In this document: positions 1-11,205 of the stretch, in pieces | Position numbering within the stretch: the stretch's first letter is position 1 | How the letters are laid out: every line of letters begins with the position of its first letter | Source: the human T2T-CHM13v2.0 reference genome, Homo sapiens | DNA: 64,000 nucleotides | Assembly (NCBI RefSeq): GCF_009914755.1 | Contig: NC_060938.1 | Reading direction: 5' to 3' (one strand) | Position numbers and translations under genes: made by a program | The notes under the pieces: generated by a model | The model's database searches: none | What the model was told of the DNA's origin: nothing | The model's input: only the letters and a program-made list of their open reading frames with translations

Positions 1-1021
1 TTCCTAACATATGGACGCATATATATGGGTCCAGTGAATCCCATTCAAAGAGAATAGATGGTGGGAAAACTATTGGATGCCATCAGAATATTTTAAAGAA
101 AAAACTGTCCTTTGAAACAAATTCTGCAGAATATTTTGAACGGAATAAGAGAAAATTGGTTTCAAGTTAATCAGTGAAAGTGAAACACTTGCTGAGGCCA
201 TAATAACTGCCATTCCTAAGGGCTGACAGGTCATGCCATTTTCCAATGTCTTGCTGAAAAAAATAATTTGTGTAGGCTACCACTGAGTAGCCATACTGGC
301 TTGCCTTGTTCCTGCCTTCCTTCTGATTTGGGGCACTGCAGTGGGAGCTGACATGCTGAGCTACTCAGCTGTCTCAGCCTCATGGCCAGGCCTCACTCAA
401 AACAGTGTCCGAGGAAAATGACAACATCCCTTTGGGGAACTGAGCTAGACCTCATATAGTATTTGCATTCATGGAACAGCGTTTTCTTGTACTTACAGAA
501 CACTTTGTTCTATTTAACAGCATACATAGTTGTATCTGATTTTATTGCCATTGCCTTTGAAGGCACACATTCATTGTGCTATGGTTTGGTAATGTTCTTC
601 TATTCAAATTGATTTGTAACAAAGAATGGGTTTACTTGGACTCTCTGCATCTAGTGTTGGTTCATGTCGCAATTACCTGCAGGCAGCAACTGTTTATTGA
701 TGAGGATTTTACCATAGTTTTATGTGATTACATGTTAGTTTAGCTTTCCCTTCTAAATCACCACTTAGTTTATAGTTCAATATTATCGATCCAAGTGCTA
801 CCAGAGAGCAATTCTATTGATGGCATGTTACGTGTTTGGAAGGCAGTCTAACTTTCAACCCACACTCTCTTTTGGAGAGAATGTTGCTTCAACTAACAAT
901 ATTGAGGCTCTTGCTTAAATATTCATCTCACACATTAGAGTAATTGGCATTAAATAAACTTCATATCTGAATATTTTCATTAAGAACTGGAGAGTTGGTG
1001 GTCCACTCTAAAGTGTCCATA

Positions 1022-1241
1022 TAGAAGTTGGCTAACTTTTTCTGTAGATGGCCAGATAGTAAATATTTAGATTTAAAAGCCATATAGCCCTGTCACAACT
1101 ACTCCATTGTGCTCTTGTAGCACAAAACAGCCATAGACAATGTCTAAACTTATTGGTAAGGCTGAGTTCCAATACAACTTTATTTACTAAAACAAGTGGT
1201 AGGACAGATTTTGCCCAATGGCCATAGTTTGCTAATCCCTG
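1022..1241. mobile_element. MER58A hAT-Charlie MITE
   Basis: Resembles remembered MER58A consensus (GGCCAGATAGTAAATATTT, CAGCCATAGACAAT, TTCCAATACAACTTTATTTAC, GGCCATAGTTTGCTAATCCCTG) with degenerate terminal inverted repeats. Confidence 0.8.
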
Positions 1242-1342
1242 TTCTAGGACCCTAAGAGAGGTACATTTGTAGAAATTATGTTTGGAAAGCAGACTAGCTA
1301 CCCAGAATTCCAAACAATAGGCACATGGAAGTTTGGAAAACT

Positions 1343-1745
1343 CTTCATTTAAAGCATTTTTTAGTTCTAGATGCTGGTAATGCAATGCTGAACAAGACCA
1401 ACATGGTTTCTCTCCTTATAAGATTTGCATTAACATTTGTGAATGCATAAAGACGTAAGTGAGTTCAAGTAATGCCAAATGCAATAAATAAAATTAAACA
1501 GAGTAAAGTAAATGCCTGGATGTGGGAGGAAGTATAACTTTAGATAAAACTGCCCTGGAAGCTTTTCTGAGAAAATGATATTTGAATTTTGGACATTTGA
1601 TACTTGAATGATGAGAAGGATCTAGTCTTGGAAGGGTTTGGGAAAGAGCATTCTGTGCAGAGACATTGACAAAGGTGAAGGGCTTATGGAAGATACATAC
1701 TTGGTGTGTTTGAGGAATAGGAAGACACCAGTACGGTTGAGAAGG
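1343..1745 (-). mobile_element. L2 LINE 3' fragment
   Basis: L2-type motifs (TGAACAAGAC, CTTGAATGATGAGAAGGA, GGAAAGAGCATTCTG, GTGTGTTTGAGGAATAG); boundaries approximate. Confidence 0.65.
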
Positions 1746-3899
1746 GAAAGGGACTGTTATCTCTATCTTGAACTGTCCCCATTAAACTGATCTATAATCA
1801 GAATTTTAAGTGAGTTAAATTCTCTTTCTGATTTACAATCATCCTTTCTTTTGTTCTTAGTCACTTGTGGAGGCAAATTCGCAGGTTATCTGCAGCCTTT
1901 CATGTCAAAATGTAAATGTTTATAAATTCCAACTCACCATTATTAAACTGGAAGCAAGCCAGTGTTTCAGTTGAGGGACAGTTAAATCACACTGTTTGAA
2001 CCATATTTGAAGAAATGATGACACCAGTGTATTAGTGGTAAGACTTGTGGGGTTAAGGATCCATAGGTCTAGTCATTTGAGCTATAGAGAGGATTTCACC
2101 ATAGTCAATGGTCTTCAATTGCTAAATCGGGTAAAATAGCTCAACTATTAGTTTCACTATGGATGTCTAGAAGCCCAAAACTCATCAGTTAATTGAATAC
2201 TGTAGACTGGGGGAAAAAATTATTTTATCCAATCCCAAAAGAATCAACTCAAGTTTATTTTACAGAAAAATATTGCATCTAGTCCTATATTGTAATTTTC
2301 TGAAGGTTTTTAAAATAAAATTATTTTAAATCCTTTGTTGCTAATGGTTGTAAAAACACTAATCCAAAGAGAATTGCCAGTATCTAAATAAAACACCCTG
2401 AGTTAATTTGACTCAAAAAATCAAGTCCTTTGCCTCAGTTAAGTAGAATGTGAGAAAATGGTTCTAACAGAATCAAGTTCAGCTCAGGGAAGTTAATTAG
2501 AGTGTCTTGCCTTAAAAGACAAGGTAGTTTTCTAGGCAATGGTATTTGATAACAATGTTTCACATGAATGCAACAAAATTCTGTGCTCTGTTAAGAATTG
2601 CCGAAAGAGAGGAAAACTCTGTGAGAGAGTAACCTGTTACAGTTTCAGATAGCCAGAGGGGGAAATCAGTCTGAATTCATAAAATAGTATATCATGGATT
2701 TTTTAAAAAATAAAATTGCTTCGAAATACATACAATAACTCGCCCAAGATGTGTATGGGTGCATGTGTGTGTTATCTCCATCCCAATAAATGCTATTGGG
2801 AATATATAAGGCTGACATTATCATTTTAGTTGATTAAAATAAAATATCTAAGTTACTCGTATCATGCTTAAAATATTTTTATAAGTAAGGTAAATAGGCT
2901 TGACAAACTGGTGATATCTTAATTTGCTTCTCATATCCATTTTTATGGATATGATAAAGGTACTTGTCAGCCTAGATTTTGTTACAAATTCTCAATTTAT
3001 GTTTGATTCTGAATAAAATTTTATTAAAGATGTCTAAATGCAGCATCTCTGCTAACATAGGATTTCCAAAATTTTAATTTGTCAGGAAAATGAAGAGTAA
3101 GAGATTACATTGTGTAACATAGGGCATTTTTTTCCTGCCTCGTCTTAGCACAAGATATTACAGGGGTTTTTACTCTTTTTTTAAATTTTAAATCAGGATT
3201 AGTATACTCATTTTTTTCTTGGTGTTTCCTATTTGTAACTGATATAATGCCACAGGCCTGGGAGCTTTAAAGAAAATTATTTAATAATAAAATAGTATTT
3301 AGGAGCTCTTTTTTTTTTCATTTTCTGAGAAGATATAATGCATTCCTTTAAGCATTTTGAATCTCTTCTCTAGTTGGCAGCAGCAAATATTGTAAGGGAA
3401 TATTTTTGAAATATGAATCTTAATCACATCTTCTGCCATATCCACAAGAGTTTCCATTTTATATGCCACATTCAACTTCATTCATCTGACAACAATGGAA
3501 AAATGTTACTTTAGACATCAATGGAAGTTTTACTGAGTATCATCAAATGCTTAGCAAATATTTAAAATATTTCACATATTCTTACGATCAGAAATTACAC
3601 ATTGAAGAATACTTCTTGATTTGGGAACTTTAATAAAAAGAAGTGAGAAATAGATCTTGGTCTGACATGGAAGGTGGAGCAAGCTGATGACTTTACTAAG
3701 TGACTTGCTACATTCTTATAGAACAAGGTAGTGGGAGTATTTTTCACTAAACTATTTATGGGACCAAGGTCACGTAACTTACTCTTGTAGCCTAAGCTGG
3801 TGATAAGGCTTGGACTTTTAATTTCCAAATTATAGCATGCAGGTATTAGAAAACTGATGACGCAAGCCACGATTCTCACTGAAAAAGAATAGAACAATA

Positions 3900-4185
3900 T
3901 CACACCTGTAACCCCAGCACTTTGGGAGGTGGATCACGAGGTCAGGAGTTCAAGACCAGCCTGGCCAAGATGGTGAAACCCCGTCTCTACTAAAAATACA
4001 AAAATTAGCCGGGCGTGGTTGTAGGCGCCTGTAATCCCAGCTACTTGGGATACTGACGCAGAGAATTGCTTGAACCCAGGAGGCGGACGTTGCAGTGAGC
4101 CAAGATTGTGCCACTACACTCCAGCCTGGGTGACAGAGGGAGACTCCATGTCAAAAAAAAAAAAAAAAAAAAAAAAAACAACAAC
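3900..4185 (+). mobile_element. AluSg-like SINE, 5'-truncated, ~10-nt internal deletion
   Basis: GGATCACGAGGTCAGGAGTTCAAGACCAGCCTGGCCAAGATGG; A26 tail at 4153-4178; TSD AGAACAATA at 3891-3899 and 4186-4194. Confidence 0.93.
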
Positions 4186-4555
4186 AGAACAATAGCACTT
4201 TCACTCATTTGCAATTTTAGCAGAGTTTTCATGGGTGAATATCAACATCTGTTGCTCCATTTCCTGAAAAGTCCTGTGGGTTGGAATGCCAGTGCTGTCC
4301 CAATTCACTTTGTCTTTTGCTTTAGTAATAGCAAAAATCAATGTAATTACCATCACTATTCACAGTTTTTTTTAATAAATAGTGGGACCCTCATTTAAGT
4401 CGATAAAATTGTTCTGTCTCATTCTTTGCCTTTGTTCAGGATCACATATGAAATTCTTTTCTGCAAGATGGTTTTCTACCTCCATTGACCTTGAAATGAA
4501 AAATTCTTTCAAAATAAATATTTTACAAAATTATTTCTAAGTCGAAAAAGACTTA

Positions 4556-5361
4556 GTGTCTTGGTGTACAAGAGTGGGGTAATACCAGCATGTTTCTCAG
4601 TGGGGAGTGAGGTAAAAGAGGAGGACAAAAAGGTTAATTAATGCATAAAAGTGCCTAGATCAAAGGCAGGCACCACTGTAAGCAAAAGACATCTCCTTGA
4701 ATATTTCCTACTAACTTTCAAAAACGAATGGAACTCAGCTGTGGTTTAAATAATAATAATGCAAGAGACAAATTCAAGAGCTTTGTCTCTTGAATCAAAA
4801 ATGGTTGTCAAGTTTTCTGGTTGCATATACTTAAACCTGCCAAAGGTAATGATGGCTACTTCAAGAAGTCTGCCTAAGATGTTGATACAATCAACGACTC
4901 TGTTTAGTTGTTCTTGCCAAGAAAGAAAGAAATAATTCCAGATTCCAGGTGTTACTACTTAGCTGGATGTTTTACTTTATAAGGAGGCAGCAATTCATGA
5001 AAAACAGCTGTAATTACACAGCATTCAGGTATTTCATAATTAAACTAACAGCTGATTTTAAGGTGGCACATGGCATGAGATTTTGCAACTAGGCTAAGTA
5101 AGCATGAAAGTGTAGCTTAGTTCTCTTGCTGTCGGCTTTGGACAAATCCTCTCTGTGCCTTGGTGTACAAGAGTAGGCCAATACCAGCATGTTTCTCAGT
5201 GGGGAGTGGGGTAAAGGAGGAGGACAAGAGGGTTAATTAATGCATAAAAGTGCCTAGATCAAAGGCAGGCACCATTGTAAGCAAAAGACATCTCCTTGAA
5301 TATTTCCTGCTAACTGTCAAAAACAAATGGAACTCAGCTGTGGTTTAAATAATAATAATGC
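4556..5361 (+). repeat. 207-bp direct repeat pair (4556-4762 and 5155-5361)
   Basis: Manual alignment at offset 599: ungapped, about 12 mismatches in 207 bp (~94%). Confidence 0.95.
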
Positions 5362-6344
5362 CAAATACTGGAATCATAGAAAACTGAGTATTCTTATCGG
5401 TATCCCTGTGACTCAGTGATTTTGGTTCCTTAGAGAACTCATCTTGTTATGTAGGACTGAAGAGGAGCTTGGATGTCAGTTGGATAACATTGATCCTGTT
5501 GAAGCTGTACCAGGCACTGTGTAAAATACAAAAGTTGTAGAGTCATCTGCAGGTCTGGTATACATGGAATTTACAATCTAAGTTTCACGCATAAAACATC
5601 TTTCCGGGGAAGACATAAGCTATTGCCCTTGAAGATTTGTAACCTAGGGGTTGGAGATAGACTCCATGAGGCTGAGGCTCCTCTATTCCCCATGCTTCAG
5701 GAGAGTTGCTCAAGTTAGTCATGGCTGTGCCTTTGCTTGTCTCTCCCAAGTTCTATTTCTATTGCTTGGTAAGTAAAACAGCTTATTTTCAGGGTTCTTT
5801 AACAAATTCTGTAATTAGTACTCTAAAGTGTTCAGTGATCCTGACTGTGTTACTTTTCACTATTGCTTAAGATCTCATGTCTTTTGAGTGACCTCTTCCT
5901 TCAGGAACCCTTAGAGCCTTGGTTTTGTGAGCCCATAAATGCCAGGAAGCCTCCAAGATTTCTAGCTTTGTGAAGTTTACAGACCATTCATTTCCGCAGT
6001 CTCCTGTTGTCATCTCTAGGGGAATTGCAGTGTGTCCATCCACCCTTGAGGCATGGCAAGGTGAACATCCCTTGGACTGAAGACTGAATGCTTGGTTTTG
6101 TTCCCATACTTAATCTGAGAGATTCAAATAATTCTTTACTTTGCTGCTTTCCTAAGACTATTTTAATAAGAAAAGCATCAAAAGAACTTGGTCAAGATGG
6201 GGAATCTTGGGTCAGGAAAATTTGGAGACTTACTTGAAGAGAATATTTGAAAAAGATTCAAAGATTTTGAACTATCAGGGTAGAGGGAAATTGTTTCTGG
6301 TGGTTAAAATGGTAGGAAGTGGCTTTCAAATCTGAAAAAATCTA

Positions 6345-6890
6345 AATGTTTTAAGGTGTTCCAGGCACTGTGGTTAACAATTTATATTCCTTTTCTTATT
6401 TAGTCCTCCCAACAACCCTGCCAAAGAGGTATTATTATTCCCCTTTGAAGTGAGGAATCTTAGTGCATTCAAAAACATTCATCTACTATTTATTGAGCAC
6501 CCATATTTCTAAGTGCTGATAATGTAGTTGTGAACAAGACAGCTTATATTTTAGAGGAGACAGGTCATTAGCAACTCAACAAATAAGTAGCATAATTTTC
6601 CTAGGAAAATATGTTGTGCAGAAGGTAAGGCTAGGTTACAGGTCATGCCAATTGAAGGTGGGAACACAGTAGGTGGGTTTGCAGGACAGAAAGAATGTAT
6701 GTATGGCTGGTGAGTGAACAAGGGAGGGGTGGTGGTGGGAAAAGATGCAAGGATCAGGCAGGGTCTTGCTGGCCAAGGTAAGGAGTTTGCATCTTATTCT
6801 AGGAGCGACAGGAAGCTTGAGGAAACATTTATAAATAAATGAGTGATGTGATTCCGTTATGTATTGCAAAGTTTCCTCCGGCAGCTGAGA
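6345..6890 (-). mobile_element. MIR fragment followed by L2 fragment
   Basis: MIR core (GGTATTATTATTCCC...GAGGAA), then L2 3' end (CATTCA...TATTTATTGAGCACC...GTGAACAAGACAG...GTAAGGAGTTTGCATCTTATTC); boundaries approximate. Confidence 0.65.
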
Positions 6891-7196
6891 GGTTGAATAA
6901 TTTGTTCAAGGTGAGGTGGGCACAAAGAAGAAAGATGGAGGGGGATAAATGACTCACTTGGCACCTGGGTCCCTCTGCCTTGAAATCCCTTTCCTGAATA
7001 CTGGTCTATTTTACTTGACTACTAGTATTAAGAGATTGGAAAGAAAGAATGCAAGTAATGGTCAGAGAGGCAAACCGACTTAAAAAGCTGAAGCAAAAAG
7101 TTGCATTATTTTAGGAAAATGAAGCAGGTTCATTCGTGCTAACTCCTGGGAAGCTGGCCTTTGAGTGGCTGGCTTGCGTGGCCCTTGCAGTGTTAC

Positions 7197-7482
7197 CTGG
7201 CAACTAAGGTAACCAGGTGAGGAGGCTCCTTTTTAAACATACCACTGAGAACAAAGCTTCGTTTTTGGATACTCAGGTACAAGGAGGACTGATATGTTTG
7301 GGTCTCCTGAACTGTGTTCCTGAATTTCCTCTGCCTTCTTGCTAATAACCTGAATTGTGCAGATACTGCTGCGGCTACCAGCACACACCAGTGTTGAAAG
7401 CAGCAAGCTTTGGAAGGTTAAGGAGCAAGTTGTGCATGAAACACTTGACCCTGCCCTGCTAAATAAAGAACCGACATACAGC
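7197..7482 (-). other. Candidate internal (probably 5'UTR) exon of an unidentified minus-strand transcript
   Basis: Minus-strand acceptor TCCTCTCTCTCTTTTCTTCCCACTGTAG|G (AG at 7484-7483); candidate donors GTG|GTATGT (exon end 7243) and CAG|GTAACA (exon end 7197); unique non-repeat sequence next to the promoter-like block. Confidence 0.35.
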
Positions 7483-7689
7483 CTACAGTGGGAAGAAAAG
7501 AGAGAGAGGATGCTCCTTGAGAATTTTTTTTTGTGTTGCAGACTCTTCCCCTCCCCTTCCTCCTCCCAACCCACCCCCAGTCCATCTGTGATGCCTGAAT
7601 TCTTTACAGGCTGTCTTGCTAAAGACATCCTAGCCTTAATCACCTTCTCTGTATTGTGTATCACTCCTGTATCTATCTACTTATGTCAG

Positions 7690-8030
7690 TTGTTTACCAG
7701 TTCCCTTCAGCTGTCTGCTTTTTATCATATTATTGATCAGTCAGTCTTGGGCGTCTTAGGTTGGAGGGGAGAGAGAGAGAACCGGCAAAGGGAAGCACGA
7801 GTAGAGAATAGCGGTGGCGGACAATCAGTTAAGATGGTTCCAAAAATAGCTCAGCTCTGCTGATGACAGCTCTGCTTGCAGCCACCCCGTATGGGATTTA
7901 CGCACTTCACTAAGATTCTCTGCTGAAACGGATTCGACCAGCTGCTCCTGCAGTTGGTGGTGGCTGGTGGCGGCGGTGGCAGCAGTGGGCTGGTTACATC
8001 TTCAGAGAAGGAATTGGAAGCGATAGGTTT
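7690..8030. promoter_or_regulatory. Putative alternative promoter/enhancer with MEF2, E-box, MEIS and FOX motifs
   Basis: 12 CpGs in about 7750-8025 against a CpG-depleted background; CCAAAAATAG (MEF2) at 7840-7849; TGACAG at 7864-7869; CAGCTG at 7708-7713 and 7939-7944; TGTTTAC at 7691-7697; no recognisable repeat. Confidence 0.5.
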
Positions 8031-9059
8031 GGGGCAAGGCAGGCTCCCACACAGGGACATGAGATTTATTATCAGAGGCTATTAGGACTCAGGTTGTGGG
8101 GCATCTGTGTTCTTTGTACACTATGCTCTGGGCACTTGGCATCCAGTTTCTTTTTGTCCCTATCTCTTTTGAATGAGATGAGGGAGTAAGTGATGAGAAA
8201 TGGTTATATTTCTCACCCACTGTGTCTATTTTGTTGCTATTGCTCTAGTTTATTATATACATAGGCTTTTTTTCCCTACTGCACTTTCTGTTGGGAGACT
8301 CAGCTATGTACAGGTCCCAACTTTATAATTCTTTGGTCTTATCCAAGACTTTCATTTGTCAAAGAAACTCTGCAAAGTGGCTGGGTCTAAAAATGTAATA
8401 TAAGTAAGTACAACATTGATAGAGGGCCCCTGTCCCTCAAAGACTCTAAGTCTATGCTATGTAGAAAATGCAGTGTTTCTTATCTAGTAAGGTGATCCTC
8501 TCTTAGAAAAAGAAATGATCTTGCACAGGCTCTCAGGCTTTTGTAATCAAGACTCCTTCCAGCCACAACACCTCTAATTACAGGGTTTTTGGCATCCTGA
8601 TTGTCCCCCAATGTACTATGTGTAGGGGCACTGTGGGGGTGCCCTATAATTTGTCAAGCTTATTATCTTGCTCTGGCACACAGAATACACTGAATCAATT
8701 TTTAAGGTCTCTTTCAAAATGTGTCTACGTCATCTAAAACCCATAAATATTAAAATCATATGCACTAGAAACAGTTAAGATGTTTAAATTTTCCAGAACA
8801 CAGAGACTTAGGAAACAGGCAAGACACAACATGAAAGCAAAAAAGGAAAGAGAATGTTACTTATTCTATTATCTGCCATGATGGGGAAAGGGGAGACAGA
8901 AAAACAACTTTCTCCTTATAAATCCCAGCTTTTGCTGCTGCCTTTACTATAAATATTGTTATTCAAAAGGTTTTCACCTCCTTCTTGGGAGGCTATTCAG
9001 TGAAGTATAAGATATAAAGAGCAATTTTATTGCCTAAATGAGAAGCTGGCCAAAGTGTA

Positions 9060-9185
9060 GTTTCCTCAGCTCCATGCTCAGAACATCTGATTCAGTAGGT
9101 TGAGTTGGGACTGATATACATTTTCATAAGCATGTGCAGTAATTCTGATGTAGCTCGTCTGTGGACCACAACTCAGGAACCCTAG
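9060..9185. mobile_element. MER5-family hAT MITE fragment
   Basis: TCTGATTCAGTAGGT...AATTCTGATGTAGCT...GGACCACA. Confidence 0.65.
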
Positions 9186-9639
9186 TCTTTTAAATGTATA
9201 TATTTTTAATAACATGGTGCTCTAATTTGGAGCCCTCAGAAAGAAAGGAAAATAAAACAGCATAACCTGTGTCCTCCATGATAGTTTAGTGGGCTCTAGT
9301 ATTAGTTTATTTCATGACATGTAATTGTTATTTTCATTTAATTTGCTGCACAATTACTTTTATGTATAATCCATGTTGAGATGTGAATAGGACAATTTAC
9401 TTTATTTAAATACTTTCAGCATTGGCATACCTGAGGAGATAATAGACTATGAGTAGGGAAGACATGGGCTGATGTTCTACAGTGTTCCAGGGTCAGCCAT
9501 TTTCTTGCTGCAAGCCGGAGAAGATCCACACTTCCTTCTATTCTATTGAGCCTTAGAGTGGCCACAAGGAGTATCAGTTGCTCCCTCCTTTGAAGGCTGG
9601 AGTCTGTGAAGGCAGTGTTCAAGTTCACTTGTTAACCCA

Positions 9640-9658
9640 CATCGCCACCTACTGTCCA
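9640..9658 (-). promoter_or_regulatory. CTCF-like motif
   Basis: Reverse complement TGGACAGTAGGTGGCGATG fits CCASYAGRKGGCR with one tolerated change; GC box GGGCGG about 40 bp downstream. Confidence 0.4.
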
Positions 9659-11059
9659 CCCCCCATCCTTAATTAAGAAACTTTTGCCTGGGAGTTGGGC
9701 GGAGATTAGTGTGAGAGGCTACAGTATGAATGAAAAGTGAGATTGTGAATGCACCTCTATCGAGCCCTATTCAGAATGCTTGATTTGCAATAGTTTATTA
9801 AGAATTACAGCATTACTATCCTTAAATCTAAAGTCTCTCTCTCTTTCAGTCCAGAAGCAAATTACTTTTGGGTTAGAAATAGCAGCCAAGTTCCTGTTAA
9901 AATGAAAACAAACCTCTCTCCACCTTGTGTCTAAGGCCCTCTTTGTTGGCTTTAAAATGTTTATTGATTTGGGGATTTAATGTTGGATCCAACTGTGAAT
10001 AGTGGCCACTTTGGGCCTGGTGAGTGATCCTGGAATTTGTCAAACAAGTTTATGGAAGGAAACCTGAAAATGCTTCACCCTAGTCCTTTGCCTCTTTATT
10101 TTTGTGGGGTTTTTTTTTTTCTCTTTGAGAATGTTTTCTATTTGAGTGGAGAATGCTCTCATATGGTACTTTTCTCTGATCCTTTTGGAAAGAGCAAGTG
10201 TCCTTTGAGAAATACTTGTTCTTGGTTGTTCCCTGCTCCCCACCCCCATGCCTGTCCCTGCCACCTCTAGAGCAGGTGGAAGTCGCCTGTGGGTTCTTCT
10301 GGTCTCAGGCTTTGACTGTTCCCCTCCACAAATTTGTTCTTAATTCGATTTTGTATTGAAGCACATCAGTTATTTGGGCTTCCATCTTTAGTGAAAAGCC
10401 ACCTTTGCGTGTTGTTATGCCACATTACAGTGTTCCAGAAAACATATTGGTGTAGATGCAAAATCTTGCCTTCATAATTTTTAGCCTTATGTTGGATTAG
10501 AGAGCATATTTTCAAGTTGATCTCTTGGAACCTCAGCATGAATCTATATTAGAAGCCCAGAGAATGCTAAACAGAGTTTTCACTGAGCCATATTAGATAA
10601 CAAATTATTTTACCTATAAATGAGATATTAATTATATAGATTAGATTTTTGTTATTAGATTATCAGCTATGGAGTGATCACCAAGGAGGATAAAATAGAA
10701 ATAGTATAATCTTCTTTGCCCCCCTTTAACTCTACTATCTGTGGAATATACTGAACTTTTTACAACCAAGTCTTTAATGCTCTTTACTTTCCCTAGCAAA
10801 TGTTCTTCCATTTAAAAAGTCTTTAAAATACTTCTTTATTTTAGCAGTGCTTCAGAAAATCTATCTTAGACCATTCTATGCTTTTAAATCTATGATAAGA
10901 TTAATTAAGTAGGCTAACAACCTCACTTAAAAATATTACCTCGTTCTTGTAACATTAATTTCTACAGATTTTTTTATTGTGTAGAAGTAGATACATAGAT
11001 ATTCCTAGTAACTATAGTATAATATAAAATTAAAATCCTATGTGTTGAATCATTATGTT

Positions 11060-11205
11060 AATAATAGCTGCCATTTCTGGAGCACTGTGTCTTCCAGGCC
11101 TCTGGTAAACACTGTTGCATACATTATTTGTCTTAGTTCTCAAAATAATCTTGAGAGGTTTGTACTATTCTTTCCATCTTACAGATGCAGAAGTTGAGGC
11201 ACATG
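11060..11205 (-). mobile_element. MIR SINE fragment
   Basis: TAATAATAGCTGCCATTT...CATCTTACAGATGCAGAAGTTGAGGC (MIR core). Confidence 0.7.

Noticed and set aside
7357-7863. Longest ORF (168 aa, +) and the overlapping 143-aa minus-strand ORF
   Set aside because: The plus ORF starts at a GTG; neither has a recognisable domain, and both run through low-complexity promoter-like sequence
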